Below, piece after piece: positions 56,400-64,000 of a stretch of DNA of 64,000 bases. The notes below the pieces were generated by a model. That model ran no database searches, was not told where the DNA came from, and saw only the letters and a program-made list of their open reading frames with translations. Origin of the DNA: an uncultured Candidatus Saccharibacteria bacterium (GTDB taxonomy: Bacteria; Patescibacteriota; Minisyncoccia; Phycocordibacterales; UBA9973); contig CAYVDC010000004.1 in assembly GCA_964450735.1 (NCBI GenBank), forward strand, positions 18,829 to 82,828. Direction: 5' to 3'. The first letter of the stretch is position 1. Each line of letters begins with the position of its first letter. The position numbers were made by a program, and so were the translations under genes.

Positions 56400-56642
56400 A
56401 TGGCTAAAGTATGTCCAATAACTAAAACAGGTTCACGCGTAGCTGGAGGTTACTCCAACCGTGTTCGTGCAACCAAATTCAACCCAACCGGAAAGGTCCG
56501 AAAGTATCCAAACCTCCAGAAAAAGAAGGTCTGGGTTCCTGAACTCAAGAAATCAATCACTCTTACGATCTCAACTCGTGCAATCCGCACAATCAACAAG
56601 CGAGGAGCACTTGCAACCCTCCGAAAAGCTGGAATTCTCTAA
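56400..56642 (+). CDS. rpmB: 50S ribosomal protein L28
   Basis: MAKVCPITKTGSRVAGGYSNRVRATKFNPTG…WVPELKKSITLTISTRAIRTINKRG matches L28. Confidence 0.85.
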   Translation: MAKVCPITKTGSRVAGGYSNRVRATKFNPTGKVRKYPNLQKKKVWVPELKKSITLTISTRAIRTINKRGALATLRKAGIL

Positions 56643-56655
56643 TTCGCAACTATCA

Positions 56656-56688
56656 AACAAAAAACCGCCCATGTGGCGGTTTTTTGTT
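56656..56688. terminator. bidirectional terminator aaaaaaccgccc-atgt-ggcggtttttt
   Basis: Seen directly. Near-identical copy at 59751–59790. Confidence 0.7.
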
Positions 56689-56708
56689 TATGAACTTTAC
56701 TTTATTTC

Positions 56709-59700
56709 CTACGGCAATACTGTAAAACTCTTGCCCATTGTATTGTTTGTCTCATTTGATTCATCAACCATTCTAAACGCATATGGCCCAAAATCATCGA
56801 CAGTGGCAGTAAGGTCTATTGTGCGTGCAGTAGCAAGAATATTCGGTACAGAGTTTTGGTATACGGTCATGACATATGTCTGTCCGGGCTGAAGTGTTAC
56901 TGGAGTCAAAAGCTGACGTGCTCCATACGACACACCGCTACTTGAAACACTGAACTGAGTTCCCTGAGGAAGAACTGCAGCAGCTACAGTACTGATATTT
57001 TTTACGGTGATAGTGAATTGAAAGTTAGGGTTTGGATTAGGAGTCGGAGCAGTCAAAGGATTGATTGCCGTCACTCGTGGGAGTTGAGGAGCCCAAGTGA
57101 AACTGTCTACGATCAAATCGGGTTTAGCAGCCGAAGCAGGGATTGATGCACTTGGTGAACAATACTCCCAAGTATCTTTCAAATTCACATTGATGTTATT
57201 GTGGTAGCCATTATAACCGGTCATCATATATCCTTTAGTGCTAGTTGCGAGGGCAACTGGCATATATCTTTCAGGTCCACCAATATCTGCTTTTTGGCTC
57301 CATGTATTCGTTGCTGGGTTATATTCCCAGAAGTCAGCAAGAAATGTATTGCTAATAGTATTACCTCCTCCTATATACCCCTGCCCACCTAAGGAGAAGC
57401 CTCCAGCTCCAGCTCGAGCAACTCCACCAATATCTGCTTTTTGGCTCCATGTATTCGTTGCTGGGTTATATTCCCAGAAATCTTTAGTGCTATTGCTGAC
57501 ACTTAGACCACTTCCAATATATCCTTTTGATCCAATTGAAAAACCCGTAGCTTCATATCTTACAGTTCCTCCAAAGTTTGCCTTTTGAGCCCATGTATTC
57601 GTTGCAGGATTATATTCCCAGAAATCACGGCTCTGTCCACTATTTCCAAGTCCAGTACCAGCATAGCCCTTAGTACCGACCGAAAAGCCGACGCCACTTA
57701 CTCTCTCCAAACCACCGAAATCTGCTTTCTGAGTCCATGTGTTTGTTGCTGGATCATATTCCCAGAAATCTTTTTTTGATCCACCTGAAGCAGATTCTTG
57801 TCCTGTTCCCACATACCCTTTGTTACCGATTGAAAAGCCGAATGAAAATCTTGAGGTTCGTGGGAAATCTGCTTTTTGTGTCCAAGTATTCGTTGCTGGG
57901 TTATATTCCCAGAAATCTTTCATGAATGTTCCGTATGCTTCGCCTGTACCAACATAGAGCTTATCATCGATAGAAAAACCGACTGCTCCATATCTTTCAG
58001 TTCCAGGGAAATTTGCCTTCTGTGTCCAAATACTTAAAGCACATACCGAAGGAGCCCTTGGAATTGTGTTTATTACAACAGGGCCAGGTGGATTTACCGG
58101 CGGAGGCATAATAATAGTTACTGGCTTAACAATGACTGAATGATAGATTCTTCCAGTCCATGGAACCGAGCTTGCTGCTTGAGTCCAATTGATACCGTCT
58201 GATGTCACCCATTCATCTGAAGCTGCAGAAAAACCAGCAAAACCTCCTACTATCCATAGTTTGCCAGCATACACAACCATCTGGTGCGCGCTGCGAAGCC
58301 CCCAACCGGAAGTTGTTGTTACTCGAGACCAGTGTGCGCCGTCAGAAGATACAATAACATCCTGAGAATTTCCACCGCTTCCAAAACCTCCAGACATATA
58401 TATTTTTCCGTTAAACACCGCAGTACCCGCTTTTGAACGTGCGAGTAACGGAACCCCCGAGGCAGCCTGAGTCCAAGTACTGCCGTTAGTAGAATACCAA
58501 GCATCATCAACTTGCATGCTCATACAACCGCCCTGCCAAGTCGGACCGATACCGGTACAACTGAAGCCAGAAACAACCCACATCTTATTATCAAAAACAA
58601 ATGTAGAAGCCCCAGCACGCTCCTTCCATGGAGCTTTTGCTGTCACATTCGTCCAATTTATTCCGTCTGGGCTAGACCAAACATCATTGTAGTAAGTTGC
58701 AGTTATTGTAGGTTGGTTATTGGTATTGTAACCTCCCATAACCCAAAGTTTATTTTGATACACAACAACGGAATGATCGCCTCGAGCCGACCAAGGAGCA
58801 TTTGCTGTTACCTGGGTCCAAGTCACGCCGTCAACAGAACTCCAAACGTCATTTTTGTAATTGTAGCCTTGCTGTGGATGATCTTTCCCACCAATAACCC
58901 AGAGTTTATTATTGAAATAAACTGCTTGCTGCTTAGTTCGATTTCCCCATTGTGCAGCTGCTTGGATTTGAGTCCAATTTATTCCGTCACCTGAAGACCA
59001 CACATCTTTAAAAGCCTGTGACGTACCTGAGGATGATATTGAATTATAATTGTTGTCACCAGCAAGCAAAAATATTTTTTCTTGAATACCTGCCGCGCCC
59101 CCTGTTGGCCCTTGTGCTGGAATAGAGCCACCGTTTAATCGTGCCAGTGCTTCCTGAGTCTTTGGACCGATATTCATTCCATCGCCACTGATTCCATTTT
59201 GTTGTTGAAAGCGAATGATCGCACCCTTGGTTCCATTACCGTAATAGCCCGTCGCTTCTCCTGAAAGGAGGCCGGTTGAAATGAGATATTCCTGAATTTT
59301 TTGAATATCGGTGCTAGTTTCGCCAAAATTTAAAGTTCGGGAAATAGTAATCGGTGAAACCGCCTGAACAGTAGCAGTGGGAACTATACTTGTTGTTGAT
59401 ACTGCAGGAAGTTCTGTACGCCCATTCAATACCGCTGAATTTAATGTAGTAACTGGAAGCGTGCCAGCTGGAATGACTTTTACTGAAGCTTGGGCTTCGG
59501 TCATAGTAGAATAAGTCGCAGGATCTACCTTGTTTGCAGACACTGCTGTCGCACGGTTAACGACCGCTCCGAGTTCCGTACGCAGTTCTACAACTTGCTG
59601 TCGAAGACTAAGTACTTCATTCCACAGATCATCAAGTGGTGAGGCGTGAGCAAACGATACCGACCCAAGAAATGCAATTGCCAGGAGCAATCCAACTATG

Positions 59701-59729
59701 TATTTTTTCATATAAGAAAAGTATCCCAT
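56709..59729 (-). CDS. large secreted protein (1006 aa): signal peptide, PG_binding_1 domain, two arrays of Kelch/beta-propeller-like repeats, C-terminal beta-sandwich
   Basis: N-terminal KKYIVGLLLAIAFLGSVSFAHA. …IQKIQEYLISTGLLSGEATGYYGNGTKGAIIRFQ… is PG-binding. Repeats …WSS.DGINWTQ…KLWV.GG… and …FWEYNPATNTW.QKADFGG…GFS.G.KGY.GTG…. Confidence 0.75.
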   Translation of the reverse strand: MGYFSYMKKYIVGLLLAIAFLGSVSFAHASPLDDLWNEVLSLRQQVVELRTELGAVVNRATAVSANKVDPATYSTMTEAQASVKVIPAGTLPVTTLNSAVLNGRTELPAVSTTSIVPTATVQAVSPITISRTLNFGETSTDIQKIQEYLISTGLLSGEATGYYGNGTKGAIIRFQQQNGISGDGMNIGPKTQEALARLNGGSIPAQGPTGGAAGIQEKIFLLAGDNNYNSISSSGTSQAFKDVWSSGDGINWTQIQAAAQWGNRTKQQAVYFNNKLWVIGGKDHPQQGYNYKNDVWSSVDGVTWTQVTANAPWSARGDHSVVVYQNKLWVMGGYNTNNQPTITATYYNDVWSSPDGINWTNVTAKAPWKERAGASTFVFDNKMWVVSGFSCTGIGPTWQGGCMSMQVDDAWYSTNGSTWTQAASGVPLLARSKAGTAVFNGKIYMSGGFGSGGNSQDVIVSSDGAHWSRVTTTSGWGLRSAHQMVVYAGKLWIVGGFAGFSAASDEWVTSDGINWTQAASSVPWTGRIYHSVIVKPVTIIMPPPVNPPGPVVINTIPRAPSVCALSIWTQKANFPGTERYGAVGFSIDDKLYVGTGEAYGTFMKDFWEYNPATNTWTQKADFPRTSRFSFGFSIGNKGYVGTGQESASGGSKKDFWEYDPATNTWTQKADFGGLERVSGVGFSVGTKGYAGTGLGNSGQSRDFWEYNPATNTWAQKANFGGTVRYEATGFSIGSKGYIGSGLSVSNSTKDFWEYNPATNTWSQKADIGGVARAGAGGFSLGGQGYIGGGNTISNTFLADFWEYNPATNTWSQKADIGGPERYMPVALATSTKGYMMTGYNGYHNNINVNLKDTWEYCSPSASIPASAAKPDLIVDSFTWAPQLPRVTAINPLTAPTPNPNPNFQFTITVKNISTVAAAVLPQGTQFSVSSSGVSYGARQLLTPVTLQPGQTYVMTVYQNSVPNILATARTIDLTATVDDFGPYAFRMVDESNETNNTMGKSFTVLP

Positions 59730-59750
59730 GAGTGAGCAGGTTTAGCAATC

Positions 59751-59790
59751 AAACAAAAAAACCGCCCGAGTGGCGGTTTTTTTGTTTGAT
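59751..59790. terminator. bidirectional terminator aaaaaaaccgccc-gagt-ggcggttttttt
   Basis: Seen directly. Confidence 0.7.
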
Positions 59791-59804
59791 TTGTACTAAC
59801 TACG

Positions 59805-60023
59805 TTATCTAGTAGTAGGCTGTTTAGTAGGCTGTTCAACCTGAACGTTTTGTTCATTCATATTATCCTTCAACGCTGGACCTGGAACGTCACGAGTAAC
59901 CTGATCAGTAACACGAGCTGGTCCGCCCATACCACCTTTATTAAAAGCCATCATTCCAACAATTACTATTAATGCGATCGCGATAACTCCCAATAGGAAG
60001 TTAGTTATATTATTTTGCTGCAT
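59805..60023 (-). CDS. small membrane protein (72 aa), hypothetical
   Basis: One TM helix, LLGVIAIALIVIVGMMAF. Confidence 0.35.
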   Translation of the reverse strand: MQQNNITNFLLGVIAIALIVIVGMMAFNKGGMGGPARVTDQVTRDVPGPALKDNMNEQNVQVEQPTKQPTTR

Positions 60024-60096
60024 ATGCTGTTAAGTGTAGCACTGCTTATTTTTAAATACTATTGGAGTAATGCACAGTTTGCTATACTTCATATAT

Positions 60097-61902
60097 ATGA
60101 AAAAAATAGTGAGCGCAATCGTACACAAAGTACGAGAATGGTTTTCCTTGGACTACCGGTCGATGGCATTGCTTCGTATCGGCGTCGGAATAACCATACT
60201 TTTTGATCTTGCGCAGCGGCTGCCCGATCTTCGAGCTTTTTATTCAGATGCTGGTATTTTGCCTCGCGTTGAATACCTCAGACTCTGGGAAAATAAATGG
60301 TGGATCTCTCTTCATATGGCAGGAGGGCTTACTGCATTTGAATTGGTCCTTTTCATCGTTGCGGCAGCATTTGCAGTTATGCTTATCCTCGGATATCGAA
60401 CGCGCTTTGCAATGATAATGACCTGGGTCTTTTTGATTTCGCTTCAGATGCGAAATCCGGTAGTTCTCCAAGGAGGTGATGTGCTTTTCCGCGTGGTACT
60501 TTTCTGGATGATGTTTTTGCCGCTCGGCAAGGTTTGGTCGCTTGATCGATTATTCAGCCGAGTTGCTGCACCGACAAAAGAAACGTATTTTTCTGCTGCG
60601 ACACTTGCCTATATCGTTCAGATTTGTCTTCTCTATGTATTTACTGGATTACTGAAGACTGGAGATACATGGCATAACGGCACGGCTGTTTACTATGCGC
60701 TCCATGTTGACCAGCTCATCACGCCACTCGGTGCGTATTTGCGAGAGTTCCCTCAGCTCATGAGTGTTCTTACCTATGCAACATGGTATATAGAGTCATA
60801 CGGAGTTTTGCTCTTTTTCTCTCCGGTCGCCACAGGATTCTTCCGCACATTGGGACTCTTCCTCTTTGCTGCCCTGCAGGTTGGATTCAATAGTTCAATG
60901 CGGCTTGGCCTCTTTGGAATGATTGCAATCGTAGTAACATTTGGTTTGCTGCCGAGCGGATTTTGGAATGAAGGATATGAACGATTTACTACCTGGGTTT
61001 CGGGTGCTGGCAAAAAAGGATTGAAAATATATTACGATTTCGAATGCAGCTTCTGCTACAAAATGAGCCATCTGCTTAAACGTGTGCTACTACTTAATCA
61101 TCAAACTGAAATCCTAGCCGCAGAGTCTGATCCTGAAGTAGAAAAAATCATGCAGGCGAAAAATTCTTGGGTCATTGTCGATGCGCAAGGTAACAAGCAT
61201 ACAAGCTGGAATGGAGTTGCGACGGTACTTTCCTATTCTCCAGTTTTTGGTTGGACTTCGTGGTTCGCAAAACTTCCTGGGATCTCACATCTAGGTGAAA
61301 AAATCTATGCCTTGGTTTCTCGCAAACGAAAGCTTGTCTGCACGCCAGAACCAATCGAGCGCACACCGACAGTTATACAAACATGGGGCATCATCGCAGT
61401 AGAAGTTACTTTGATTTTCTTGATGCTCTACACGATAGCTTGGAACATCGATACCATCGACAATGGCCAGCCAAAACTTATTTCTCCTAAAATGCAATCG
61501 CTCGCATGGACCATTCATCTTGATCAGAAGTTCAACATGTTCGCACCAACACCGCTTACTGAGGACGGATGGTATGTCATGCCAGGCAAACTGCGAGATG
61601 GTACAGACGTAGACGTCTTCACCGGCAAAGCAGAGGTTTCATATACCAAACCAGAGTGGGTTGCCTACACGTACAAAAACCAACGCTGGCAAAAATATCT
61701 CATGAATCTTTGGAGTAAAGATTTTAGCGAATACCGTTTGAGTTACGGCAGATACTTGTGCCGAGAATGGAACAGCAAGCATTCTTCAGAGAAACAACTG
61801 GTAAGCTTCGAGATTATATTTATGCTCGAGAATACACCCGGTCCTAACGAAGCCCCTTTGCCGGTAGTGCCAACGACGATTTGGACGCATAGTTGTTTTT
61901 AG
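60097..61902 (+). CDS. HTTM-domain (vitamin-K-dependent gamma-carboxylase-like) membrane protein fused to a DCC-family thiol-disulfide oxidoreductase (DUF393) and a C-terminal domain
   Basis: N-terminal SLDYRSMALLRIGVGITILFDL… is an HTTM signature with multiple TM helices. KIYYDFECSFCYKMSHLLKRV is the DCC CxxC motif. Start taken at MKKIVSAIV (the ORF may extend to 60070). Confidence 0.6.
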   Translation: MKKIVSAIVHKVREWFSLDYRSMALLRIGVGITILFDLAQRLPDLRAFYSDAGILPRVEYLRLWENKWWISLHMAGGLTAFELVLFIVAAAFAVMLILGYRTRFAMIMTWVFLISLQMRNPVVLQGGDVLFRVVLFWMMFLPLGKVWSLDRLFSRVAAPTKETYFSAATLAYIVQICLLYVFTGLLKTGDTWHNGTAVYYALHVDQLITPLGAYLREFPQLMSVLTYATWYIESYGVLLFFSPVATGFFRTLGLFLFAALQVGFNSSMRLGLFGMIAIVVTFGLLPSGFWNEGYERFTTWVSGAGKKGLKIYYDFECSFCYKMSHLLKRVLLLNHQTEILAAESDPEVEKIMQAKNSWVIVDAQGNKHTSWNGVATVLSYSPVFGWTSWFAKLPGISHLGEKIYALVSRKRKLVCTPEPIERTPTVIQTWGIIAVEVTLIFLMLYTIAWNIDTIDNGQPKLISPKMQSLAWTIHLDQKFNMFAPTPLTEDGWYVMPGKLRDGTDVDVFTGKAEVSYTKPEWVAYTYKNQRWQKYLMNLWSKDFSEYRLSYGRYLCREWNSKHSSEKQLVSFEIIFMLENTPGPNEAPLPVVPTTIWTHSCF

Positions 61903-62002
61903 GAAAGAATAGAAAACTAAGAAGTGTTATAACACTATACAAATAAAAAGCGGGGCGCCTTCGGCGCCCCGCTTTTTTGTTCTCGTCTTTTACTTTTGAA
62001 TT

Positions 62003-63985
62003 CTATTGTCTAATTGAATATGAACCAGTTGGAAAATTATAGATCAACTGACCTCCCAAGTTAGTACCGCTGCCAGTAGCAGAAATGTTGTCGCCAACAA
62101 ATGTTGCTGTTGCAGTATCATCCCAATTAAATCCATATTGATTTAATGAAGTGGATACCATTCCTGCTCCGTTAGATGTACCAGTCAAAGTAGCATACAG
62201 ATTAAATGTTTTTGAGGTACCTGCCGATATGGTGTAGCCATCAAAATCCATGTTTGATTCGGTATTAAAGCTAGTATTGCCTGAAGACATAGTATTTCCT
62301 GTCGTTGCGAATTCACAGAAAATTGAGTCTGTAACATCAGAAATTCCACAGCTGCTTCCTAATACTGTATTCGCACCATCAGCGATTCGAAGGTTTGACA
62401 TTGTCAGTGAGCTGAAATTTGCAAGACCATAGATAAATGCGAGATCGTTTATCTTGATGTTTCCTTTAACATCCGCGGTGATAGTGACTTGGCCAATTTT
62501 ATTTTCAGCACCGACTAGTAAGCCGTTAACTACTGTACTATTTACAGTAACAGTGGGCTTTGATCCAACCAATGTCATTGTTGGAGCAAAAACTGTAGGA
62601 GTAATTATAGTAGTAGCACCTCCACAAGTGTATTTTGCATACGTAAGAGCAATCGATGATGTTCTATTAGAAGGAATTCCACTTATTCCAACTGAAGAAT
62701 ACGAAACATATACATCGATAAATACGCCCGAGTTAACAACTGGAATATTAAGACCTGTTAGCCAAGCAACCCCGCTAACTACAGGTGCAGTAACATTACC
62801 AACCTTAACACTTGTTATGGTACTGAGACCGTTCTCAGTAAACTTCAGTTCTGTAATAACCGGAGATCCGCCTGTGGGACTGACAAACAATGTCATTCTA
62901 GTTCCATCGACTGCCCCTGTATTACCTGCCGCAACATATTGTGCCTGAGTTGAATTACCACCTATAGTAGGAGTAAAAATGCCGCAGGCCTGCTGAACAG
63001 GTGCATTAATCGTAAACAAATTATCTGATGCATCAGTTGCAGCACCAACAATTGTTATCTTGTAGTTCAAACCATATACCATCTGTCCCCAAGTTGAGGT
63101 TGAAGGTAATGTAACTACCTGTGATCCATCATTAAGTGTGTGTGTAAGATTCACTCCCTGGTTAATACCAGGCATAGTCAAGAAAATATCAACATATGCT
63201 GATGAAGGAATGCTACATGTTTTCCAAGTAACAGTGATCTGCTGACCAGCTGTGTATATTTCTCCTCCATCTGGAGAAGTTACTTTTAGTTTAGGAGCTG
63301 CGTTTGGATTGAACTGGCAAACCCATCCTATCTGAGCAACTTGAATGTTTGCGCCGCATGGCTGTCCATTGATTGGGCTGAATCCATTAAATGAAGTGCA
63401 GCCGGGTGGCAAGATGCTTGATGCAGGAGTTCCAGTTCCTGTTGGGATCTGAGCCTGTGCACTTGCGCCGCCATTGAGAAGAAGTTGTGTCTTGGGACCA
63501 ACTACTGTTCCGTCATCATTGATGCCATTTGCTCGCTGGAGAGCCATCACTGCAGCTGCAGTAACCTTTCCATAGAGACCAGTAGCATTGTCAGACGCAA
63601 GGTATCCTTTTGAAACAAGAACATCCTGGAGTTTTTTAACTTCAGGTCCCTTCTCACCAATAGTAAGACTGTGAGAAAAAGAAATTCCTGGCGTTGGTTG
63701 TGTGCTGATTGTGGATCCTGAAGTTCCAGGATTAGTGCTAGGACATGGGCCTGTGCCACCGTTAGGGTTGCTACATGGTCCAGTATCGAAAACTGGCCAT
63801 TGATTAGGGGTTACACTTGAGTTCGTATTAAGTTTAGTGCTAGGACATGGGCCTGTGCCACCGTTAGGGTTGCTACATGGTCCAGTATCGAAAACTGGCC
63901 ATTGATTAGGGGTAGTATCTACTGTATTTATACTTGCCTTTGAAACATTTAGGCTAGCTCCCGATTTTAAAACAGCAGCACCCAA
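62003..63985 (-). CDS. secreted protein with PG_binding_1 domain and beta-rich C-terminal region; 5' end may lie beyond the listed start (near window end)
   Basis: …LTIGEKGPEVKKLQDVLVSKGYLASDNATGLYGKVTAAAVMALQ… is PG-binding. N-terminal tandem duplicated TPNQWPVFDTGPCSNPNGGTGPCPST units. Confidence 0.6.
   Translation of the reverse strand: MGAAVLKSGASLNVSKASINTVDTTPNQWPVFDTGPCSNPNGGTGPCPSTKLNTNSSVTPNQWPVFDTGPCSNPNGGTGPCPSTNPGTSGSTISTQPTPGISFSHSLTIGEKGPEVKKLQDVLVSKGYLASDNATGLYGKVTAAAVMALQRANGINDDGTVVGPKTQLLLNGGASAQAQIPTGTGTPASSILPPGCTSFNGFSPINGQPCGANIQVAQIGWVCQFNPNAAPKLKVTSPDGGEIYTAGQQITVTWKTCSIPSSAYVDIFLTMPGINQGVNLTHTLNDGSQVVTLPSTSTWGQMVYGLNYKITIVGAATDASDNLFTINAPVQQACGIFTPTIGGNSTQAQYVAAGNTGAVDGTRMTLFVSPTGGSPVITELKFTENGLSTITSVKVGNVTAPVVSGVAWLTGLNIPVVNSGVFIDVYVSYSSVGISGIPSNRTSSIALTYAKYTCGGATTIITPTVFAPTMTLVGSKPTVTVNSTVVNGLLVGAENKIGQVTITADVKGNIKINDLAFIYGLANFSSLTMSNLRIADGANTVLGSSCGISDVTDSIFCEFATTGNTMSSGNTSFNTESNMDFDGYTISAGTSKTFNLYATLTGTSNGAGMVSTSLNQYGFNWDDTATATFVGDNISATGSGTNLGGQLIYNFPTGSYSIRQ
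63735..63910. repeat. in-frame tandem duplication (2 x about 76 bp identical, about 100 bp period) inside the 62003–63985 gene
   Basis: Seen directly: 63735–63810 is identical to 63835–63910. Confidence 0.8.
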
Positions 63986-64000
63986 CTGGGTCCGTAAATC

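Noticed and set aside
57201-58994. Repeats inside the 1006-aa and 660-aa genes, considered as a CRISPR or other non-coding array
   Set aside because: The repeats are in frame within long ORFs and encode Kelch-like or Pro/Gly-rich protein repeats. There is no repeat-spacer regularity and no cas genes. No CRISPR array is present in the window.

Overview
The window is 64 kb of a small, gene-dense bacterial genome of about 42–45% GC. Almost every gene carries its own A-run/GC-stem/T-run terminator. Ribosomal proteins S5, L22, S19, L23 and L4 have Lys/Ala- or Gly/Arg-rich extensions. L30 is missing between rpsE and rplO. There are giant LamG/Ig/PG-binding surface proteins and many ORFans. Together these suggest a Candidate Phyla Radiation (Patescibacteria) organism; this is inference, not a search result.

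Recognised content:
- FtsH (partial), smpB with an adjacent tmRNA, a phosphohexomutase, truB, and the infC–rpmI–rplT operon.
- ndk, map, pyrH, adk and secY.
- The S10/spc/str ribosomal superoperon: rpsL, rpsG, fusA, tuf, rpsJ … rplO, secY.
- rpmB, a site-2 protease, a beta-CASP MBL ribonuclease, a LOG-family protein and two HAD hydrolases.

The superoperon is not contiguous. It is interrupted at five places by independently promoted and terminated insertions:
1. A 7.6-kb block between rpsS and rplB. It carries a pyrE–pyrF fusion, pyrD, pyrC and murI on the opposite strand, plus a GCS2-like ligase, dgkA and a membrane protein.
2. A membrane protein between rplE and rpsZ.
3. A 504-aa ORFan between secY and adk.
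4. A 496-aa bitopic protein between rpsG and fusA.
5. Two membrane proteins between fusA and tuf. One of them shares an N-terminal domain with the rplE/rpsZ insert.

Other notable loci:
- A translationally coupled pair (TAATG overlap): a large HerA/VirD4-like P-loop ATPase followed by a CYTH nucleotide cyclase-like protein.
- A 139-bp element with perfect 29-bp inverted repeats around a GC-rich core.
- A repeated intergenic module upstream of tandem small ORFs.
- Several candidate structured RNAs, and an HTTM–DCC fusion.
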